From the NCBI GenBank assembly GCA_016748015.1, contig JAAOMT010000594.1:186001-250000 (forward strand): DNA of 64,000 bases, in the 5' to 3' direction. Below the pieces are notes generated by a model, which was not told the origin of the DNA, did not search any database, and saw only the letters and a program-made list of their open reading frames with translations. Origin of the DNA: Geosiphon pyriformis uo1. Taxonomy: Eukaryota > Fungi > Glomeromycota. Of the stretch, positions 53,701 to 64,000 are shown piece after piece. The position numbers and the translations under genes were made by a program. Numbering within the stretch: the first letter of the stretch is position 1; each line of letters opens with the position of its first letter.

Positions 53701-56700
53701 AGTCTTTTTAACGCTCTGTTAAACACTGCTTCGAATGGCATTCCTCCTCTTACCCAGTCACAGATGAGGATTGTGTATTGGCAAGTTGCGTCACATGTTC
53801 CTCCTCTGCCTGGTAAGTTGTTCCAGTCGCACCCTCTTGGTAACAGTTCTTTACAAGCAAGGCACAGTTCCTTGTCCCATTTTCCGTGTCTTTCTGGATA
53901 ACCGTATTTTTCTTTGTTACAACGGTTACAATAGTAGTGGGTGGAGTTTCTTGGGTCTTCATCCGGTGTGCTGCACGCAGTCATAGACAAGAGTTTCTTC
54001 TTGCAAACCGAGCATTCTAGCTTTGGTCTGCGTCACTGGTGGTTTCTTCGTGAACTTACCTGGTTCCATTCGGATCTTTCTTCGCTGGTCCACGTTGGTA
54101 TGGCTGGTAGTCCTGTTCTTTGGTCATCAGCCCAAGAGAGCTGATAGGTTTCGATGGCTGGTAGTGCTGGATTTTCCTCAAATTCAAAGGTAGGTCTTTG
54201 GTTGGTGCTGGGTTTTTCGAAGTGGCCACAGNNNNNNNNNNNNNNNNNNNNACCATCTGGCGTATTTTCTTTTTAGCGCTTTCTGTTATTTAACCAGACC
54301 AGACCTCTATGATCTGTCGTAATCTCAAAGGGTTGGTACCGTAAATATGTGTCAAAGTGAACTCAACTCCAGACTACTGCTAAGCATTCAAGTTCATGTG
54401 CTGCATAGTTTTGTTCTGCCGTACTGAGACTTCTGCTGGCATAAGCGATTACACGTTCTCTTCCATTATCATCTTTTTGTGACAGAATGGCTCCAAGTCC
54501 AGTTCCAGAGGCATCTGTGGCCAAAATGAATTTCTTGTTGAAATTCGGATAGATCATTATTGGTGATTTAATGAGCTTTTGTCTAAGGTACTTAAAAGCT
54601 TTTTGTTGTGCTTCAGTCCATTCAAACTTCACATTTTTAAATAGTAAGTAATTAAGGGGTTTGGCGATATTTGAAAAGTTTTCTACAAAGCAGCGGTAGT
54701 AAGATGCAAGTCCTAAAAAGCTTCTAACTTCTAAAACGTTTTGAGATACTGGAAAATTTTTCACTTTGTCTATTTTTGATGGATCTGGTTTTATTCCATC
54801 TTTTCCAACTACGTGTCCTAAAAATACTAGCTCATTTTTCCCAAAGAAACATTTTTCTAGATTTAGTTTAAGTCCAGCGTGTCTCAATCTCTCAAAAACT
54901 TGTTGTAAATGTTGGAGATGATCCGTGAATTTTGACGAGAAAACATTTATATCATCCAAGTAGACAACAACGGATTGCCACAGGATTCCAGAGTAAATTA
55001 CGTCCATTAGTCTTTGAAATGTCACGGAAGTGTTTGTTAATCCAAATGGCATTACATTGAACTCATAATTGCCATTTTGTGTTGTGAATGTTGTTTTATG
55101 CCTGTCCTTTGGGTCCATTTCCACTTGCCAGTACCCACTGGTCAAGTCCAGTGTAGAAAACCATTTTGCTCCTCCAAAAACGTCAAAGATTTTGTCAATT
55201 AATGGTATTAGGTATGAGTCTTTGGTTGTTTTGCTGTTTAGTTTGTGATAGTTGACGCAAAATCTAATTTTTCTGTTCTTTTTCCTTACTAAAACAACTG
55301 GTGAGGACCATGGGCTCATTGATAGTTGTATTATTCCTTTTTCTAACATGCTTTGGACTTTTTCTCTGATAAAATTATGCTCCATTGGTGGGACATGGTA
55401 AGCACGTTGTTTTTCAGGTCTGGCGTCCCCAGTGAAGATTTGGTGTTGAACCAAGTTGGTTCTTTCAAATTCGCCATTTCTTGAAAATATATCAGAGTAT
55501 TTTAAAATTAATGTTTTTAATTGTCGCTGTTGGTCAGGATCCATTGTTCCAATGTTTAATTTGGCCAATTCTTCTGGCGTAAATTGATAGCATTTTACTG
55601 GTTGTTGCCAATTTATTGAAGTGAGTTCACAATAGAGGGCAATTTCTGGGAAATTTAGAATTTCTTGTGGTGTTGACGTGTTTTCTAGCTCNNNNNNNNN
55701 NNNNNNNNNNNCAAACCGAGCATTCTAGCTTTGGTCTGCGTCACTGGTGGTTTCTTCGTGAACTTACCTGGTTCCATTCGGATCTTTCTTCGCTGGTCCA
55801 CGTTGGTATGGCTGGTAGTCCTGTTCTTTGGTCATCAGCCCAAGAGAGCTGATAGGTTTCGATGGCTGGTAGTGCTGGATTTTCCTCAAATTCAAAGGTA
55901 GGTCTTTGGTTGGTGCTGGGTTTTTGGAAGTGGCCACAGATGGCTGGAATTTTGGCCTGGTGGTCATTATAATTGATCAAAAGCTCTTGGGTGGTCCAGT
56001 CTAGGGTGGCATTGGCTTTTGTTAGCCAGTCATTCTCTACTAACGCTTGATATTGTGTAGCGTCCATTACTAATACTTTTGTAGGTATTACTATGCCGTT
56101 AATTTCGAAAGGGAATGAGTCGATTTTGCTATGAGGCAGCTTTGTACTTCCATTGGCTGTTATGATTTGGGACATCGCGGCACGATCAACTTTGAAACCC
56201 AGTTGGTTTACTAGTTGAAGCATTACGATGCTTCCAGCGGATCCGCTGTCTAAGATAAGTTTGATTGGGGTATTGTTTATAGTGGCTTCCATATACATAG
56301 CAGTGATTGGGCATTTTTTGTCCAATGCTGCTCCACTGAACATAGCCTCGTTTTTTTCTAATTTAAAAGGAAAAATAGCTGCGAGGCTGCTATCTTCGGT
56401 GGCAACTGCTGGTGGTATTGTTTGGCTCAATTTGGAGGAATTTTTGGTTCTGTTTATGTTTCTACCATCATTGTTTCCGATGATCAGGTTTTCCAGTATA
56501 TTAAGGTAAGTTTGTTGATAATTTTGGTAGTTTGGATTGGTTTGCTGATTGGTTTTGGCGTGGTTTGGATTCCTCTGGACCAACACGTTCTGGTTCCACA
56601 TGAGCTGATTTCGGGCCTCGGGACGCCAATTCAGGTTGGCTATCATGGGCTGTTGCTGGTAAGCTCCTTGATTTTGATATGTGGTGGGATATTGGCGTGG

Positions 56701-58440
56701 TATTGGCGTGTACTGGTTTCTGGGCATTTGGGGTGGCACGTAGTAATTATTTTCGCATGTTTCCTGTATCATTCGCATTCGACATTGACTAATCAAATGT
56801 CCTACACGTTTGCAAAAATGGCAGGCGCGTGTTTCTGTTCTGAATTCCTGACATGACGAGCGATTATTTCGACTGTCACTGACTTCCTGGCTGCATCTTT
56901 GGAGTGGTTGGTATGTATTTTTTCTCGGATCCGGAATGAGGTAACTTTCTATTTTCTTAGAGAGTTCCTCCTCTAATCATGTTACTCTTTTCTCTAATGT
57001 TTCTGTCTTATTTTCCTCCATTATCATGTTAACCATTTGACTATAGTTAGCTTCTTTCTCAGCCGATTCAAGGGCTCTGGCGAGCATAACGGCTTCTGGT
57101 AAGGAATTAGGGTGGGCAGGGCGTACTCTTCCTAAAATGCTGCTTTTTAATCTTCTAATAAACTGATTTAAAACCTGAGGATCAGTGTAGTATCCTTGTT
57201 CAATCGCTTCAATCTGATGACAAATTCGATTGAATCGAACAAGGTATTGGGTAACAGTTTCACCAGTATTTTGCTTGATAGTATTGAATTTGTTCTGTAG
57301 TTGGATTACGACGTTTGGGTTGCTAAAATACTCCAGGAGTGCATTTTTAAATTCGGCGAAGCTCATGGGTTTTGTTTCCAGACTTTGATACCACGAGTCG
57401 GCTGTGCCTTTCAGGAAGAAAGGTAATGTTTGAATTGCTCTTTGGTCATTCCAGTTATTTGCCTGGATGGCTTTTTGTGCTTCTCTGAGCCATGTGTGCA
57501 CGTCCGTTTCTTCTTCCTCTCCTGAGAAATCTGTTAGTCTTGCAATGTATGGTGTGGTCATTTCGTTGCCGTTTTCTGCTGATGGGTTTATTGGTCTAAG
57601 AGGAGGTGGAATGATATTTCTTTGAGGGTTTCTAAAGATGGCTTCTTTTATATTCAGTTCTTCCTCTTGATCACGAGTTTCTTGGTTTCTGGACTGGCTG
57701 CTTGTTCCAATGACTGGTCTTGTGATTGTTTTTTTGCTGGTCTCTTTTTCGGATTCTGATTCAGACTCCTCTTCACGGTTTTCAAACCCTGTTCTAAATT
57801 TTGGCTGAAAAAGAGGGTTTTGAAATAGTGATGAATATCCTCCTGTAATTGGTATGTCTCCCCAGTTACGTTGTTTAATTTTATCAATATAACTAGGAGT
57901 TCTTGGCATTTGTGGAGTTGATGTTGATGATGATGCAGCTCCTAATGGAATTTGTATCTTATTTTCTGGTAAAAAATTGTATGATTTATCTTTTGGTGAA
58001 TAAATACATTGTTTCTTTATTGATTGAGTGACAGTTTTCTTTGGCGTTTGAGCTGGTGTTCCTAGTTTTTGCTGGTTACTTTCCTGATTAGTTTCTAAAT
58101 TTTCTTTGGTTTTGTTGGCACGTTCTCTAGTGTTTCCTGTGGATATTAGAAAATTTTTGTTGGTGTATTGCTCAATTTCTTGATGGATTTTGACAATAGT
58201 TGCGGCTATTACTGCTACTTCTTTTGTATTGTATTGTGATAATTCTCTATACAATCCAAGTTTTGCGTTGTGTGGTTCTTCTTCCTTTCCTATATGATAA
58301 TTTATTCTGGCGTTGATATAATAAGTGAGAGCAGATTCTGCTGGACAACACCCTTCTGGTAATCCAAGATCACTTTGATTTTGTGTGTAAATAGCACGGC
58401 AGAATTCAAGAACAGTAAGATTAGGGGTTTTTGTCGCCAC
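50708..58440 (-). pseudogene. gag-pol of element 2 (Gag, CCHC, PR, Cys-rich domain, dUTPase, RT, RH, IN)
   Basis: CHFCKRVGHLISQC, LILDSGSAGS, ASRSSLAKKG..GGVIDSEYTG..IAQ..RGTFGFGST, YLDD, TDASG, HSDIHSGHFG..CDPC and WDGPF. Confidence 0.93.
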
Positions 58441-58503
58441 TTTTGTCTTTTCTTTTTTAGCAATGAATTATTGCTAATTATTATTTCCTTTTTGATTTTC
58501 TTT

Positions 58504-58520
58504 TCTCGTAGGGTTCACCA
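58504..58520 (-). promoter_or_regulatory. Primer-binding site TGGTGAACCCTACGAGA (possibly tRNA-Trp)
   Basis: TGG start 2 nt after the LTR end; tRNA identity inferred. Confidence 0.7.
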
Positions 58521-61500
58521 AATGTTACGGGATGGTTTTCTTGTTATATTTAATTGCTGATATCCCACTTTAATTGCAATCAGTCTTTCGTGAGTTTCTC
58601 AATTCTATTTGTGTGATAATGTCACTGTTACACTGAAGACTTTCTTTTTACTATTGTGATGTAAGTTATTCTTTAATTCTTGATTATTGTGTGTGTTTAT
58701 GTACTCCTTCTCAGAGGCTGAACTAAAATCTACCCACTGTCTGGGGTCTTCTCTGAGGCTATTCTTGCAATTGCCTGATGTGTTTCTCTAATCTAGAAAC
58801 ACAGAATGTTAATGGTCTTTAGCGCTTTTCTAATTCTCACAATAAAGCTTTTATCAATTAGTAACAACGTGAATAATCTTGATCAAGGATTATTCTTCCA
58901 AGGGATTCAGTTGATGAATGATAGTTTCATTCAATAAATAATACAAGTAAGTTTCTTAATACTTTGGGTTGTGATAGTTCTGTTTTAAATATTCTTTTTC
59001 ATTTTTTTTTGATTTTTAAAGGTTTCTTGGGATATTTAATTTGAAAGTATTATTTAAAGTGGAGTTTGTTGGATAAAATTGGATCTGTTGCTTGATAAGT
59101 TATGATTTTTATTACTTGATTGATTATTTCCCAATATTAAAACTACTGTATATATACATGTTTGTAGTTCTACGAGAAAATACTTTCTTTTTGATATTTC
59201 AACCTGGTATTTGCTGCTATTACCAGTTGGTGTTGGCTGCTATTGTGAACTGGTGCTTGCCACTATCGCGAAATAGTGTTTGCTACTATGTTAATTATTA
59301 CTTTTCTAAGATTATTACTGTGCTATATTATGATTGAATAGTTTGTATTATTTTTATGATTCTTTTTGCTAAATTCTTAAACCGTAATACCAGACAGAAA
59401 TTTTTTATTATCTTCACAGACAACAAAAAAGAAAAATTACAAACATCAACAAGAATATTAAGAAAAATACAACCACTTACATAAAAGAAACCAAGAGTAA
59501 TTTTACTTATTTATCTGTTATACTATTATATACCAGAAAGTACTATTCAAATAACATCAACTATAATCACATTAAAAACACCATTATTTAAAATACTATT
59601 TTAAAACAATTAAAAAAAAACCAGATTATTAGGAACTTACAGCAATTTTTTTGAAAGATTTAAATTATAACCAACAACTTTATTAGAACTTTGATTATTG
59701 CTATTTCAACCAGATTTTAGAGTCATTAGTCCTTGGAAAAAAACTGATTCAAAAGAAAAAAAAGATAATGATCAAAGAATTTATAACCAAAATCTAATTC
59801 TAGAAAATTTGAAAATACAAACTCTAATTGTTTCAACTTCACTAAATCTGAACAATCCAAACTCAGCTTCTATTATTCCACAAAAATTATCTTTGATAAC
59901 TCCAATTAATCAATTACTAATTGTACCAATTGCATCACTACAACAATAACTTTAACAATTATCACAATAATAACAAGTAGTACCAATAGCATACACACCT
60001 ATTGTCAAATTCGAAAAATTTACCAATAAAAAGAACAATATCCAAACATAATTAAATAATGTCACCAAAGTGATTACAGCCAATAATTGAGACAATATTA
60101 GAGGTTTTTAAGCTATTTTTTACTTTTTACAAAATACTGCCAACTCATGATATTAGAACTTTGTTAACAAATCACAAATTTTTAATGCATTTAAAACTGC
60201 ATTTTTACAATACTTCAGTGATCACAATAATATTAATAGATTATTAACTGGGTTTATTACATTTAAACAAAATAAAACTAAAACAGTTACTACTTACTTA
60301 GGACACTTCCACAGAAATTTGCACCAAATATAAGCAATACAAGCTGACTACTTTACCAAAACACAAATTTTAAACCAATTTATCCACAGACTATGCAGTA
60401 GCTTGTCATAATGAGTATGTCTAATACACCCAAATATGCTTCAAAACACAGTTATATATGTCAAAGATTTCAAATTGGCCAAACTTAAAGCTAATCATAT
60501 TTAAGCTGTCAACTTAGTAATGAATTATCTGAATTAGATATTAAATTAAAGCAATTTGGTAAAGTCATTAATCAGAAAATCAAGAGATATTTAGCTAACA
60601 ATCAGACAATCTATTAACTTTTACAATGCCATGACAATTTAGAAAACTCAAATTGTTTTCCAAATTAATTACATCTATTATTCTCATTAACCAATCAATT
60701 GTGGCAGTAAAAAATACATATTTGCCACTATTGTGGTGAACAAAAACACTTGAAATTAGACTGTTATGCAAATTAAAATAACCAATAATCAGGAAATCAA
60801 TATTAAAACTCTAATTGCTGATTTCAAACTCCGAATTATATTCCAAATTAAGGATCATATTAATCTTATTACATCTTAATAACACAATAACTAATATACT
60901 TACCTTTAGTATATCAAGTTTTAGCACCAGTTATTTATTAGTCACAGCCACCAAATATCTATTAGCTGCAGCCACAAATTATATATCAATCACCATTAAT
61001 TCAAACATTATTATAAAATTTAGGTCAAATATTAACTAGTAACCAAAAACCAAGAATTTTTCACACTTAACAGAACTGGAAATTAATAATAGTAATACAC
61101 TAACTAATTTCCAGTTTATTAAATTAACCATTAGAATCATGCCAGTGGAGTTCAGGAAGTGGATACACCTAAAACTCGAATTTTTAGAACTATTTAAGTC
61201 TTTTAATTATCTTAGAAACCAGCTTATTCAATAACTTAAAAAGTCTAAAAACACTACTTATTAGCAATATTTCATTAACAACTATTATTGAGAATGAATT
61301 ACTTGCAGCCATATTTTTATTCAAAATAAAAGAATCAATAATGTCATTTTTATTTAATAAAATCACTTTTAATGCCAAATCCATTACAGTAATATATACA
61401 AATATCAAAGTTAATAGCCATTTTATTAAACTAATTCTTAATAGTAGATTAACAGACAGTATTATCACATAATAATTCATGAATCAATTAAGTTACCAAG

Positions 61501-63738
61501 TTAATTATGCTGCCAGCACCAAAATTATCACCATTAATAGAATAATAAAAACACTCATTGATAAGATTGACAACTTTCTATTTGAAGTTAATGACATTAT
61601 AATATCAATCAAAATGTTGGTAATAGAAGCCACATAGTACCAAACATTAGTTGGTAATAACTGGCTGTTCAAAACTAATGCCATGCTCAACTAAAATATT
61701 CAAGAGCTACAGTTTAGTTAAGATGGTCTGCAAACTTAGGTATTTGCTACTTGCAGCTATTTCAAATCATCTATTATGTATTTACTAATAAAACTTAAGG
61801 AAAAAAAAGAAAAACCTATCTGGAAAGCTTATTAAGTCTTATGAGCTAATAAAAACTACAATAAATTATCACTGATCTTAATCTAAAAAAAAAAGAAAAA
61901 AAAACAACAACTTTAAGTCACTACCTTAACATATATTTTATATGATACTATACTACCAAAACAATCAACTTATTGCTAATCCAAACTAATTTGCATTGAT
62001 ATGGCAAAAAATTGTTAACAATGGGCATATGTTAGAGTAATAATGAAGAATGGCCAATAACAACCAAGTATTATTGTTGCCTATGCATTCTTAAATACTT
62101 TAAATAACCCAAATAACAGAAAAAATAGGACAATAAGTCTTGTCTCATATGTAGAACAATTTTTCTTGATGAAAAAATATGGAATGACATTTATGAGTGA
62201 GGAGAAACATGTAATGAATTGTGTCAATATACAATTCTAATCAATGATTAAATACAAAAAAAGACTTTGATTAATGCCATCTAAAAATAAGTGCTAAGAC
62301 AATTGAAAAATTATCTACATAACAAACACAAAATTTGGAAAATAGTAAGTGTTAAAGCTAAAAGTGCTTTACCCAATAAAATATTGAAGATTAAAAATAA
62401 TTCACTAATACTTTCTGAACCCAAATTTGTCTTAATCTTCAACATTTTTAATAATGTTATAAATAATTCAGAATAATTTTATAAGCACTACCAAAATCTA
62501 GCACCAACTTGTGAAAAACAAGAGCAAAGACTAGAACAATTAAATATAAAGCTGTATAAACATTGTTTAATTTCTAATAACTTCGAATATTGTGATAATT
62601 GTAACTTTATTTACAATTCACTATCATATATGATCTATTTAATTTCTGAAAAAAAAGAACCAATCAGTAAATGTACATCAGAATTGAAATTGAAAATTAA
62701 TTATAATTCAAACTTTGACAATGACAACAATGATGGTTTTAACTCTATTTACTATGACAATAACAATAACAATTCAAACTCTAATTACAACTCCAAACAA
62801 TATATTATGTTTTTAAATCTGTTAATAAAGCAAAAACTAAAATAGTTCAGCAATAATAATAAAATATTATGTTAAAAAGTATGCATGATACTAATATAAG
62901 GTTTAATCTCAAATATCCAAGAAAAACTGCCATCAGATTAGAACCATATTTATATACCAATATAGATTTAAAAATAGCACTAGAAATTTCAGCAACAACA
63001 ATGGTTTAACTAACTTTTAGATCTAGTTTAATAAAAAAAAGATTAATATCAGAGGAGAAATAATTGATGCAGAATATATAGAAAATATTATTGTAATACT
63101 ACAAAATAACTCAGAAAAAGAATATATAATTGAACCAAATAAAAAGATAACACAGACAATATTTCTGTCTTTGATTAAAATAACTTAGTTAGTATTAGTA
63201 AGAACAAGTAAAAAATTAAAAATTATAGCAAAAGAAAAAAAAAGATTCAGATTAATGAGTAAAATAGATATATTAGTTAATATAGCAGAAAAAAAAACAA
63301 TTAATAAGAAAGAAATTATCTCTATTTATCAATTAATTTCTATTTTATCATATAACTAATATATGATAATTATAGAAAAGAAAATAAAAAATCAACTCCA
63401 AATTTTTGAAGTAAAAACAAACATTTGTGAATTAAAAAAAATTGTCATTACCAATCTCTACATACTAGCCAAGAACAACAAACACATCAAAATTTTAATA
63501 TACAACACAACTAGAGACCTTATAAAAATACAAAATAGAATTATCATCAGATACTTAAGTATTAAAGTTGAAAATTAAACATCTACCATCATTTTAGACT
63601 TTTCATAGCTTTGTAAATATGTGAATATTATATCACAAACAATATATAAATGAAAAGAATATTATTTGCTTCAACCAGAATAATTGGAACAAATAAACTT
63701 AGAAAACTTAAATCTATTTCAACATATGCAACTTAAAA

Positions 63739-64000
63739 TATTACAGATGATTATTTGGGATGTTAGTACTAATAACAAATCTGTAACTTAATATTTAATA
63801 GCTTATGATGTCAATAATATCTGAAAATTTATGTGATCTGAAAATTTTGGTTGAATTTTTTGTATAATAAACAGAGATTCAATAATTGTTTCTGTACTCT
63901 TTTAGAAGTGTATTCTATGAATTACTTTTTTTAGTGTAATAATTAATTTATTCTGACAGTTGTGCTCTTTTAATAAGCTATTCTTAAATTTCTACTCTTA
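63739..64000 (-). mobile_element. Family-1-like LTR (U5 end) inserted antisense into element 3; runs off the window
   Basis: TATTACAGATGATTATTTGGG... aligns to 11764 onward and interrupts pol just before RT. Confidence 0.7.

Larger units (their letters stand above)
49780..59389 (-). mobile_element. Gypsy element 2 (family 2, younger), LTRs 49780-50527 and 58523-59389, TSD CCAG; gapped and mis-ordered assembly
   Basis: Matching LTRs; CCAG at 49776-49779 and 59390-59393; PPT 50528-50541; PBS 58504-58520. Confidence 0.92.
49205..63738 (+). mobile_element. Gypsy element 3 (old, family 1): LTR end at 49428, PBS 49431-49447, gag split by element 2, decayed gag-PR-Cys-rich-dUTPase at 59394-63738
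   Basis: TGTAACA-TT-TGGTGCTCC junction; colinear with element 1 but much more A/T-shifted. The LTR 5' start was not located. Confidence 0.85.

Noticed and set aside
56977-56979. Stop at the end of the gag ORF as programmed readthrough
   Set aside because: It lies before the zinc knuckle, is explicable as CGA>TGA decay, and is not at the same place in element 1.

Overview
Eukaryotic, intron-containing, AT-rich fungal DNA. The gene and repeat style suggests a Glomeromycotina/Geosiphon-like fungus (inference). Two gene islands are present. About 1-6.9 kb holds a partial hypothetical gene and an ICE2/NARG2-like gene. About 26.4-43.3 kb holds a TTP/Cth2-type tandem CCCH gene, stomatin-like protein 2, a DUF676 lipase and a carboxypeptidase Y. 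The islands are separated by repeat graveyards of extremely AT-rich relics, LINE fragments and deeply nested Ty3/Gypsy LTR elements with 4-bp target-site duplications (TSDs). The most interesting system is the Gypsy lineage, seen as three copies from two diverged families. Its architecture is Gag (no ATG, conserved GTG) - protease - multi-CxxC Cys-rich domain - dUTPase - dUTPase-like domain - RT - RNase H - integrase - an extra ORF3 ending at the polypurine tract (PPT). One copy has three LTRs and an internally inverted gag-pol. Two independent insertions hit almost the same site in gag. All repeats show graded C>T/G>A decay. N-gaps make the order inside the 49.8-59.4 kb element unreliable.
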